Origin: Lepidodermella squamata
Lineage: Eukaryota; Animalia; Gastrotricha
NCBI GenBank assembly: GCA_047495785.1
Contig: JBLDXI010000011.1
Span: 1,798,001 to 1,862,000 of the forward strand
Direction: 5' to 3'
DNA: 64,000 nt
Both the position numbers and the translations under genes were made by a program. The notes below the pieces were generated by a model that made no database searches, was not told the DNA's origin, and worked only from the letters and a program-made list of their open reading frames with translations. Below, one piece after another: positions 22,355 to 33,727 of this stretch (positions are counted from its first letter, which is position 1; each line of letters starts with the position of its first letter).

Positions 22355-24290
22355 ATGCCGGCGACTTACTCTGAGCCGACCATAGTTGATCAAGATGCAG
22401 CTAGGCGCAGCTTGTCTCGAATGAAGGGCCCCGTTTCATCAATTTCCAACCGATCAGCTGTACATCGAGCTGAGGTGGTGCAGAATCTTTTCTTGCAGTC
22501 GTTACCTGTGGCGTGGCCTTTCAATGCAGCTATGGACGGGGCTGTTATTAAAAAAGCCCAATTAGTTGTAGAATACGAAAACATAGGCGTGGTTGCGTCG
22601 GAATGGCCATTGAAAAACGAGTCTAAACAGGAACAGGCTGGAGAAAAAACGCAGAGGTTAAGGTTGAATTGTCAACTGGTAATATTACAGCTTGATTATT
22701 ATGTTTAGTTTGGTTCGCCTCGGCTTGAAACACGGCATTAATGCTTCCACCCTCATGACCATTAAAAATGAAATTGGCTACCAAAGTGTAACAAAAGAAA
22801 ACTTCTATGGGGTTCGAAAGCGCCTTGCTATGCTTCACCCAATAACATCAACTCACCGTGGATTAGGCGCATATCGCTCGGTAGATTCAATCGTTAAAAA
22901 AATGATTGTTCGAGGCGACTTGGAAAAAGACGTTGTTAATGATCTACGGCTTCAGGTAAATCAAAATTACATATGGTCCTTGCTAGGGCAAAGTCAAATT
23001 TAACAGGTGGATGGCATGGCAGCTAGGACGAGCATGGCAGATGCAACAGTCAGTTCATACATTTGTGCTGCTAAGACAAAGGCCAAAGTGGGCTGCGCTG
23101 GTGAATATCAGCTGTCAATGTACCAGGGAAGCGAATCTTCCGAGATGTTCAGGAAGTTTTTACAGCCAACCATCGGCGAGCTCTCGAATATCGTTCGAGA
23201 TGGCTTGAAGATCGGGGATGATTCTTACGATTTTCGATTATTGGTTTGCTGTGACTACCCAGCTACTGTCAAGCTCTTTGGCTGTGGTCACCAGGGCGCC
23301 GATTTTCGTTGCGTAATCTGTGAAAGGAATATTAAAAAGCTCAATGTCCTTTCGCGGAAACGCCGATTCGACTCATACGAAAATTCATTTAAAGGAAAGC
23401 TTGGTTGGTCGAAAGATTTTGCCCCGATGATTCGTTTGGGTCCTGACAAACTTCTGATTTTACCTGATTTCTTCCACATGAAGGTCAATATTGCTCGTCA
23501 ACTTATTGCTAAAGTAGGTATTCCTTCCAACAACTTGAAAGTTCAATATTCTATTTAACAATAGATCATACGTGTTCTGAAAAGCCATGGGTTCCGCGAT
23601 GCTATGAACGATCTTGTTTCTTTCTTGAAAACCAACTCGAAAAAGCCAAAATTTTCTATCGAGACCAAAGCCACAAAACGAGGTGTCATTAGTGTGCTTA
23701 TCAAAAATTCCAATCACTACGGCATTTCCAAGGTATGAACCTAATTTTGTGTTATATGAAATAAATTAGTTCCTAACTGAAATTTAAACTAGGCATTTGC
23801 TGAATTAGCCAAGAGAATGATTGGAAAGCCTCTATCCGAGTCATTTTTCCTACCGGCTAACTTCCTCAACTCGGTCAAAACTTCAGGTCGTAACACTCGC
23901 AGGGGATCTATTCAGTCTCAAAGCAGCCGTCAGAAGCTACTGCTGTCTTCATTAAAGGATTTGCGAACCTTGTGTCTATCCACCTTGATGGTATTTCGGG
24001 ACATCGAGATGAACCATGTGACGTCAACAGCTAAAATTATGGCTAGCTGCTACGAAAAGATATGGCATCGAACTATTGGACCAGTTACTTCTTACGCTCA
24101 TTTGCTCGGGTGCCATGTTTACGAGCTTCTGGAGAAAGGGGTCGATTTGGCAAAACTCTGCACTGAGAGCATTGAGTTGAGCAACAAGAAAAGACGCAGA
24201 ACGATGGACTGTTCAATTTCAAACAAATACTCCAAACCGTGCCAGATTTTGAAAATCGAAAACATGAAGGAAAATTTGAAGCTGATTTGA
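22355..24290 (+). CDS. RAG1-core/Transib-like DDE transposase (~579 aa, 5 exons)
   Basis: Exons 22355-22656, 22691 (or 22709)-22955, 23007-23513, 23565-23732, 23793-24290 splice in frame with GT-AG. Motifs VDGM, YQGSES, CCDY..G..CVIC, PDFFH, TSYAHLLGCHVYELLE..TESIELSNKKRRR parallel the RAG1 catalytic D, D, CxxC, H, Hx4H and E. Confidence 0.85.
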
Positions 24291-24457
24291 AAATATTTGA
24301 AGTACCTAGAAACTGTGTTTCATTTGATAAATAAAAAGTTTGAACTATGTCATCATGTCATCATTTTATTTCCGCATTAATCTTTGTCGACGTAGCTTTA
24401 TTTCTTCCTCAACTTTGATTTATCATAGGCAGGAGGCAAAAGATCACAGCGTAACCT

Positions 24458-25527
24458 TTACTTGTCAACCTCATAACCATCACGATCAGCATTATAGAAC
24501 AAACGGAACTTGTCCTTAGCGTCCCACTGAAAACGAAACACGCCCGCTCTTATAAGGCGGTGGATCACAGGTATTTGACGGGCAATGGCGCCAGTTGTTC
24601 TACCCAACTCTTTATCGAGGTCACGATCTGTTGGTGTCTTTGCCATCCAAAATTCGATCATTTTAGCTGTAACACTTTCAAATTTTATCCCAGACCTGAC
24701 AACATAGGCGAAACAATGCCGAATACGATTTCTTTCATCGGGACTCCACTCGGTTCTGCTCTTCGTTGATTTAGCTGTGAGATTAAACACTATTTTACAC
24801 AATTTACACAGCAAAACAAAGGCTTACAATTTGAGTAGCTGCTCGCCACATTTTGTATATGGTTCCATGACATTTTGAAAGCATAACTTGAATCTAGATC
24901 GACTCGGTCGCTGTCAGGGACGCTGAAGAACAACGGTCCTGGAGCAAACGAATTGCCTGATTTACCGCTCTTCTTGCGCATATCACGTGAAACCGCTCGA
25001 TTGGATTTAGTCGATTGGGTCGGCTCGATTGGTTCACGTTCATCGGGCTCATGTTGCTCATCAGCATCGTCCTCGCCATCATCCTCGCTATCGTCCTCGC
25101 CATCACCCCCGTCGTCATCCTCGTCATCGCTCTCATCTTCATCCTCGTCATTGTCCTCGTCATCTTCCGATGCATCTTCCTCGCCATCAACAACAGCATC
25201 ACCCACGGCACCATCCTGGCCATCATCATGACCATCGACCTCGTGATCATCTCCGCCTTCAACTCCATTACGCTCCACCTCCATTTCTTGGCCGCTAACA
25301 CCTTCCGCTTCGCCAGTTTTTCGCTGTTTGGCTACCCGCGGCAACTTCAACGCGACCTCTTCAGCAACAGGAGCGGCCTTTCTTCGTGTGCTTGTCTCGT
25401 TTTCTCGCGCACTCTTTCGCCGCGCATTGCTCTGCTTGCGATTGCGATCTTTCTCCTCAAGAATTGCCGCATCTTTTGTGGCTTGAATTGCCGCTTCCTT
25501 TGCTGCGATTTTCCGCGTTTTGGTCAT
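24458..25527 (-). CDS. Transposon accessory protein (~338 aa): basic N-terminus, long Asp/Glu tract, C-terminal Myb/SANT-like domain
   Basis: Exons 25527-24828 and 24774-24458 joined by a 53-bp GTAAGC...CACAG intron, in frame. EWSPDERNRI...ELGRTTGAIARQI resembles the Myb/SANT WxxEE...LGRTxxAI pattern. Confidence 0.75.
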
Positions 25528-26163
25528 GAAAAAAAGAATATTTAAATAAGTAAATAATGGGGAAATAATGCTCACGAGAAATTATTAGATGATAAAAAAT
25601 TCCCGACCTAATCGACCACCCCACCGCCCCGACCACACATCATGAAGCAAAAAATGTGTGGACTTTGACACTGCAAATCCAGACTAAGATGTCAGGGGTC
25701 GGGCCACCCTTTTCCTCACAGTCAGAAGCTACGGCTAAGATAAGGCAAGGGCAAACTTCGTCACCGGTCAAGAGTCTCAGGTCCTGGGCTCATTATCCTC
25801 ATATCCGACTCTGATGTCCCGAGCTATATTATAATCTGAGAAATCAGGGAAATGGAGAAGTTGGCGGCGAGTTCTCACTGCTCGCTGCATAAGCCAAGGA
25901 TTGTTACAAATCAGGTAACAGTCCAACGTTCAAGACGCAGTGGCTAGACGTCAACGCCAACGGGTTTTCAAGAAAAATAATTACAGATTATTTAGTTTTT
26001 ATCACGATAGACATGTTAAAGTCTAGTTATGATCACGATAATTATTTGTATATTACATTCAAAGCTGCTCAATTGTATGAAACAAAAAAAACTAGTAGGC
26101 CGCATCTACAGGTGACAATTCCCGGCAGTGTTAACAACTCTGCATGCATAAACAAATAATAAT

Positions 26164-27167
26164 ATGTTGTCCAGCAATTGCAGCCGTTTGATTTTTTTGA
26201 TTTCATCCCTGCTTTTTGAGACTGGAGACGCTTGCCCTTCGTCATCGACTCCATCAAAATTCGAACCATTTACCTACCCGCCTATATTTGCTTGCCCAAG
26301 CAGTCAGATATGCGCGCCAGTCAGTAACCCGTGCTTGGAAGCATCAAAATCTTGCCAGCTAACACCTACTGTAAGTCAGATTTTGAGATAGACAAGTACC
26401 AGATGTTTAGCAGGTTTTGGATGAACATTTCTGCTCAGTTAACATCCAAAATAGATTGCATTTATCATCCAACATTCATATTATCTCTCTAAATTCCATG
26501 TTTTGCAGCCAGCCTTTCAACTTTGCACTGGCGCGACATTCGGCGGTGAGGGTATCAGCCAGAATGTCAAGTTGTGCACTTCCAACGGTCTGGCTTGTAC
26601 AATAGTTTTCGGCAGCACATTCACGGTAAGAACAACGTCAAGTTTCATAGTCATTTATCGGAAGTTTTGCCCAGCAAGCCGCAGCAACGCCAACTGTCCC
26701 GAACTCTTTCATGACATTCGCCGACTGCTGCAACGCTGCAGCCCCAGCTAGTCCGTATGCCGCCAACATTCGTTATGAACTGATTCCAGGCATCTCGTCA
26801 TTTATCGTGCCATCTATCGCATGCATCGGAACGGCTGATGCCTTGCCGTACAAGATTACAATGCCTTCTTATAACATGAGAATTGGCAACTGCGTCCGCT
26901 TCCCGCATACGGCCAGCGCCTTAACCGATATACCCGCAGCTTTACCCTGGGTGGTGAGAGCATTTTCATAAATCCTTTTTGCAAGGATACTGACATGTTT
27001 CATCGTAGCCAACTTACCCTGCAGCTACTTACGCGTACACTTCGTTCAGAGACTGCTGCGCTGCTCTTGCTTGGAACTATTTTTGTTGCTATCCGAACTA
27101 TCTAGTTTCGGCTGTGACTACTGCTTACGGTCTCACCTTGGAACGGTGTCAAGCTATAACTCCATAG
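26164..27167 (+). CDS. Secreted Cys-rich family member 3 (~253 aa, intact)
   Basis: Exons 26164-26370, 26509-26625, 26675-26953, 27009-27167; phase 0; family motifs present. Confidence 0.85.
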
Positions 27168-27799
27168 TGAAAGGATAAGATGTGTCAATTGTTTGTCAGT
27201 TTCGACTCAATTTTGGTCATACTCGATGCGCAAATAAATTTTGTTAGGCGGTGCTAACGTAATTAAGTAACTGTTACAGGCCGCTTTTACTGAAATTTGG
27301 CTTTTAAAAGCTTACGGTGATTTTATATCGATTGTTTGATGCTGAGTTACCCGTGTGGTTTAGGTTTTCCGGGAAACATCAGCGCGTGGAAGTGCCATCA
27401 AATCTAACAATTGAAATCCTGAATTTTAGCAGCATTTTAAGATCGCCCAATATACCCCTCGAATATTTTATTGTCTTGTTCGCTTGCATTTTTCACACTA
27501 TCCAGCCTCCAGCCTACGTCGCGCCGGGCTAAGTAATTAAGAAGTAAACTGTGTAAAAAACTTGTGAAGCTTGAACATTTTGGTGAAAAACTTTCCGGTC
27601 TGCTCAAGCACCTCATAGGCATAATTTCTTCAAACGAAGGCAAATGGCAGTAGCTGCCACGCTATAAGAAATATTTCTTATAGCGTGTAGAGCTTTCAGG
27701 TGAGTTGAATTTACTCAAATGTGGATGTATAAGATGTTTTATTTACACATCTGCTCAAATCATATTTTGATAAATAATTGCACTACTGAATTCTGAAAT

Positions 27800-30700
27800 T
27801 GGCTCTAGTAAATATCGCCACTATTTCTTGGACTGACTGATGGATGTGTCTTGACCGCTTAAGAAACCAATGGAGGCCCTAAGTTCGTACAATTCACAAA
27901 TCCACCAGCCACACCACCTTGCCAATGAGTGCCCACCTCAAATTTGTTCGACGTTTCGACAAAGATCCGTGTGCCAAGTACACGGTGTAGTGATCCATGC
28001 CCGATGAGCCAGACTTGCCAAATCCCGGAAAGCCCCGGATTTTTACCCGTGTTTACTGTATTCGTGACATCGTGTAAGATGTAATAAGTTGCAGTTTCGC
28101 CTAAATTGAAACGTTTACGCGCTGGCGCTATATTGACTAAGTGGTGGTAAATATGAGTGGTGGAATCGTATTGTTGTATATATTGTATATATTGTTGTAA
28201 AACCTCGTCCATTAATAACTGCTTGCGCTTTCGACACACTGCTGCAGCCTTAACCGACCTATTGATGACAGGTACGCTAAGGTAAGAGTTGCTCTAAACT
28301 CCATTGATTTGATATTAGTTGAAAGCTACCCCTGGTGATTAATGCCATGGTTAATCTGCTAAGTTCTGCTAAGATCTCCCAAGATTCAAGATCTTTATAA
28401 ATCTTTGCAAGATCTTGGAAAGACTTTTCAGTGATTACTTAAGAAGGATCTTTGCTGATCTTAGCATGAACTTGGAAGGATTTTTTATGATTTTTTTATA
28501 ACTATCTTTGCTGATCTTTGCTGATCATTGCCGAAATTGAATAATTAGGGCACAGAGTGCATTCACTTGGAATCTATGCTGCAATGCTATTTTCAGCTAA
28601 ATTCCGCGCCCCCTTAAATATTCGAGCAGGCCCCAAGCGTCGGCTGCCTAATCAGAGAGCAAAGTGGACTTGTGCGCGAGCGCTAAGTCGAACTTTTTAT
28701 AAAATTCAGGGCCGCGCGCACGAATGTCAAAGGGCTACTTGTTATAATTCCGGCGGTTTTTATACCAAAAAATAATACAGATGATTCTCTATCGAATAGA
28801 TATAGTTTCTCGCGTGAAATAATTGAGGGATAAATGTTTTACCTGTATCTTCGATTTCGAGAAGCAAGTGCGCGCACTTTCAATCGGTGTGGAATATTTA
28901 GGGTGCGCGTAAAAAATTTCCCTCAATTTTTTCACGCGAGAACACCATATCCAAACGATAGAAAATTGCCTGAATTATATTTTGGTATTAAAACCGACAC
29001 GATATTCGAAAGTAGGTAAGCCTCTAACATCATCGCGCGCGGTATTAATTTCGTAAAAACTGTTCACAATTTATCGGATTAATTTTTATCTCACATTATA
29101 CCGCGCGGCTTATAAGCAACAAACGGTGATAGATAGAGACTCGCCGCTTTCACCGCCGGAAAGGCCGTGAAATTTTGCACTAGAAATGGACAATCAATTC
29201 CGTCATGAATTTTCAGCTTACCAAGGAAAAAATTCACAAAACGTTCAAATTTCGAAATTTTCGAGTGAAAATGCGGATATCGTCTGATTTTTATGGCCGT
29301 TCCGCACCGAAAATAACTTAAAAACCATGATAACCAGCGAGTCGCGTTCAGTCTCGTTTGATTCATTGCAAATTTCTGCAATAAATGATGGAAAATTATT
29401 TTGCCCGCCAATAAGCGGAAAAATCGCAGCAAAGATTGAAGTTCCAAATATTGCGCAAATATTAATTCGCCTTTTTGATATATTTTGGGCCGCGCGCGTT
29501 GATCTCAAAGGACTACATTCGAATAATCCAGCGGTTTTTATACCAAAATAATATTCAGAAAATTCTCTACCGATTGAATACTGGTTTATCGCGCGAAAAC
29601 GCCAATGGGAATTTTTTTACGCTCACTCGCAAGTTTCAATTGTGTGTTTGTTTCCGCATTTCTTATTTATTATATTCTCCAGCCGTTCACCTATAATCAC
29701 GATCGATGGTTTTCTGAATTTTATTATGATCTAAATATCGCCGAATTATTAGTTGGCCCTTTATCATCAGCACACGTGGCCCGGAATTTCATAAAATGTT
29801 CGACTCTTGCGCGCGCGAACACTGAGTAAAACTGAGTAGACCTGGCTCTCTCGCGTGCGGTCAATTTTAGAAAATTATCGGCAGGCAATCAAATATTAAC
29901 TTCGAATTTATTTGTCGTATATATTAAACCACCTTGTTTCTACAACTCTCAGTCACAAATAAACCATGGGACACGCTGAATTAAAAAATAGCGGACTTCG
30001 AGAATGTATAGCAATAATAATCATAATATAATAATAGCGCCTCGCAACACGCGCTGTCGTAACCTAAAAGGCTCCATAGTGCGCTTGCTTCGAGCGCATT
30101 ATTACGAAGCTGAGCAGTAGACGGTGACGAGCGCGCGTTGGAAACTGGCACACGCGCACTAGTACTTACACATATAGTATATACGTAGTACCTATACATT
30201 ATTATCGCTCATAACTTTATTCAGAGTTGTTCAGAGTTATCAAAACTTGTGCCTTGGCCTCAAAATACTGGATTTTCATCTTGACTGTTTATTGCTATTG
30301 ATTGTTTGTTGGTTTTTTACAACTAGGTCGTTATTATTATTTGCTTATCATCCAGGTGCGCAAATTATCGCGTGCGCGGGTGAGATTTACGTGCAGCCAC
30401 GAGCGGCCGCTGGTTGATCGTGTAGCTCCCTTCAACCGCAACTCCGACCGCGGCAACAAGGGCGTTGCGGCGTGACAGCTATTATCTTGGCGTGTCATCG
30501 GAGCACTTGGGACACCCTGAGGGATAGCTCATTGTCAATTATAATGGCCAGAAATATGTTTATAAACACAGTTGTCGCAGGTAAATTTATCATTTGCTCT
30601 CGATTCAGTACTCCTCAATATCAACTTGTTGTACACTATAGTGAAAACTACCGCCACTCATCGCCCGTCGTCGTCTCCGCCTATTTCCGACTATCAACAA

Positions 30701-31930
30701 CACGACATCGTCGGCTGGTAATTGTAGGCTTTTAAAAGAGGTGAGTAATTATTAAATTTATTTATTTAATTAATTAAATTAATTTAATTTAATTTATTTA
30801 TTTAATTTAAATTAAATTGTTATTAAATTTAATTTGTTTCGATTTTCCAATTATTATCGACATTGAACAACGCTTTTATTCGCCGGTTATAATTAAAACT
30901 TTCTTGCTTTCTAGATAATATGCTAACATCAACCGGCCGTCGTCAACCGGCAATTTTTAGCGGCGTAGACTACGCCAACTGCCGGGCTCGCACCCTAGGA
31001 TCGAATAAATGGGCCATCTTCACTTGTCGCGGAGTCTTTGGCGACGACCGCTTGGCGAACAGCATTGTCGAGCCAACTAGGCCTGATAAATCAAACCGCA
31101 CGGCAATAGACGACTCAAATGCTCACGAAGAGCTCGAATTTTTTCGAAGTACGTTTTGTTGCACATTTTTGTCGTCTTTTACTGAGCTCATCTTTTTTAA
31201 CAGATACTTTTCGTTTGCTTTTCGGCGACGAAATTCAGCGATTTGACCGCGCCCGTGTTGCGGTGAACCAGTGGGGCAACGACCTGCGCCGCCGCCGCCG
31301 TGCAACGCGCGCTGATGCAGCAGCTGTTATCGACGCCGCTGAACCGGCTGCTGGCTTTGTTGCGGCCGCTTTTCGAGACAACCAGAATTTGTTATGAAAA
31401 TATTAATGTCGTGCTTGGCGGAACGCGTGTTTTATATCGGGTTTTTTTTATACCGAAAATCGATTTTTTCCTGAATAAAATTGACAACTCTGAAATTCTA
31501 GTCGTGTTTTATACCTGGGTGCGTACATTCGGGTGCGGTTCCGTGGGCGCCAGTAAAAATTTCGGGCCAAGATTTGGAAAGATGAGAACAAGAATTCTTT
31601 AATAACATGAAAGATTCTTCAAATCTGAGCAGTTCTTAGTGTCATCTTTGGAAGATCTTTCAATAACAATAAAGATCTTGAATAATTATCTGCTAAGATC
31701 TTTGAACCAAAATCTTTGCAAATCTGTGCAAGATCGTGCACGGATCTTTGATGGATCTTGGCAAGTTCAGCTAAGATCTTGCCAAGATTTGATCCCTAGG
31801 GACAGGTAACCAAACCACCGTTCAAATATCAGTATTCAGCCTTGACCGCTTGATGCCACGGCATCGGTGCAGCTATTTTGCGCCGTCGGCGGTTGCACTT
31901 TACAGGCTCATCCTGGAGAAAAGCAAAGCA
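27800..31930 (+). pseudogene. Secreted Cys-rich family member 4 (decayed, with 3.5-kb insertion in last intron)
   Basis: Exon-1 remnant ~27820-28030 (ETNGGPKFVQFTNPP with TAA/TGA stops), exon-3 tail ~28200-28281 (NCLRFRHTA), exon 4 from 31806 (VTKPP..YQYS, similar to member 9). Boundaries approximate. Confidence 0.8.
28330..31801. mobile_element. Non-autonomous CMC/EnSpm-like DNA transposon, ~3.47 kb
   Basis: CCCT...AGGG termini, AC on both flanks (28328-28329, 31802-31803), dense AAGATCTT/GCTAAGATC subterminal arrays at both ends. Removing it restores the TACAG acceptor of member 4 exon 4. Confidence 0.75.
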
Positions 31931-32883
31931 TCGAACATTTGAGTTGATAGCAATACCTGGCATCCTATCGGAAATTCGACTTTGCGCTCGTGCTCAAGTC
32001 CACTTTTACCCTCTGATTGCGCAGCCGACACTTGGGGCCTGCTCGTATCTAAGGGGGCCCAGAATTGAGCGAATGAATGTGGACAGATAAACCTTTTTCC
32101 AACCAAATGTATGTAGAAAGCGCCTAATTTTGAAGCCAAATAAAGTCGAACCGTGGTTTTAAACTTTGCTGTATGAGCCAAGCATACCACCAGGAAAAAT
32201 CACAAAAGCTGGCCGTCTGTGTTGTTATTTCGAAAGATTTATAGAGATGCTTGAGTGCTGACTCGCCTCAGTGCTGCTACAAAGGGCATGAGATTATGTA
32301 ACACGTTTTCCCGGAGTAATGAACTCAGCTGCGGACTTGCGAGAGAGCAATACAAATCGATCGACGGAAGGCTGCAGCGAACGAATCCACGGTGACAATG
32401 AAATCCTCGAACTGACAAGTGAGTCTACAACACTCTATTATCTCTATGGTCTGCAAGAAAACCTTTCGAGAGAACATCTACGATGGCGTAGCTGTGAGTT
32501 CGGGTTCGTGGCGCGTTTTGTGTGTTAGACCGGCGTGCAAACGATTCATGCTATCTAGCTAGCTATTGCATTTTCAACTCACGTTCAACCGTATCAGTAA
32601 CGGCATCAACAGCAGAGTATTCTCTGGTAGTCGTTAAACGATCGTCGCGAGGGGGATAGCCAAGCTGGAGGTTGCGTTCATAAAATTTCCACTGATTTCG
32701 CAACAGAAATATTCTGCTGTCGTTAGGATCTGTTGCATGTAACCTTCAACAAATCATTGCTGTAAAAAATCCTTTTGTAGTGCACTTCTTAAAGAGTAAT
32801 AACACCTAAGAGATTAAACACGTTCAGAGGTTTTCATTTTACTAATTCAGAACTTCGCCTTTCCTGATTCGAAATTTCAATAA

Positions 32884-33727
32884 ATGAAAGCCGAAATTAT
32901 AGTCATTCTCGTCACGGTCTTTGCCGTTGTTACTGCCTGTCCAGCGACATCCAACTCAACCCCATGCCCGGTTAAGACTGCAGTTGAAACAGTAGCGACT
33001 TGCCCCAACGGCCAAAGTTGCCTAACGATATCGAATCCTTGCCCGACCAGCCAAAGCTGCTTCAACTCATTCAATCCATGCTCAGACGGCAAAACCTGCT
33101 CGGTACCACCTGTCTTTACGCTGTGCGAAATCACCGCAACCCAGGGCGATCCTGCAACCGTTTCGAAACCAAATGTCAAGTTCTGCACAGCCAATGCAGG
33201 ATCATGCACATCAGTGTTGAAAACCGGCACCACTGTAAAGCTATAACCAGCCGTATCTGATGGAAGTTGTTAACTGTGATTGTTACAGATTGCTACAGGT
33301 GTTACTCCAACGACCTTCTCGACTTTTAGCGAGTGTTGTCAGGCTGCAGCTACGGGCGCGACCCTTAAATATGAATACGTCCCAGTCGCATCGGCCGCAC
33401 CAGTATCGACTTGCATTGGTGCTGCAAAAGATGCAGCTTATCCAATGACAGGGCTTTCGACCACATCAAAGAACTGTATTCGATTCCCACATACAGCCGG
33501 CCAAAGCACCCATTTCTTAACATCAACTGGGGTAAGAAATTTGTTGATGATTCACGATGCAATTTGATATATGCTTATGCAACGATTTTCAGCCCACCAG
33601 GCCTCCGTCCACCTATGAATTCGCATCGTATGCGCAATGCTGCACGGCCGTAGCCTCCTATTCGACTCTTCTTTTCAGTGTGATCCCTGTTTACGGCGTC
33701 TCGTTTGATATTTGCCTCGGTGCTTAA
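32884..33727 (+). CDS. Secreted Cys-rich family member 5 (~242 aa, intact, 3 exons; intron 1 absent)
   Basis: Exons 32884-33234, 33289-33531, 33593-33727. Signal peptide MKAEIIVILVTVFAVVTA-C. Confidence 0.9.

Larger units (their letters stand above)
22045..25691. mobile_element. Apparently autonomous two-gene DNA transposon with RAG1/Transib-like transposase, 3,647 bp
   Basis: Perfect 34-bp TIRs CATCTTAGTCTGGATTTGCAGTGTCAAAGTCCAC (22045-22078; 25658-25691). TC on both flanks (22043-22044, 25692-25693). Inverted GGTCG/CGACC subterminal repeats. Two intact convergent genes. Confidence 0.9.

Noticed and set aside
24458-25527. Calling the convergent gene RAG2-like and the element ProtoRAG
   Set aside because: No kelch repeats or PHD finger. 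The TIRs lack heptamer/nonamer and there is no 5-bp TSD.
24894-25545. Hydrophobic, His-rich, Ser-rich and Met-rich ORFs (25015-25545, 25029-25298, 24953-25231, 24894-25301)
   Set aside because: Alternative-frame or antisense shadows of the GAT/GAC/GAG acidic tract.
25692-25908. Possible solo LTR (TGTC...TTACA) split by the RAG1-like element
   Set aside because: No convincing TSD and no second copy in the window.
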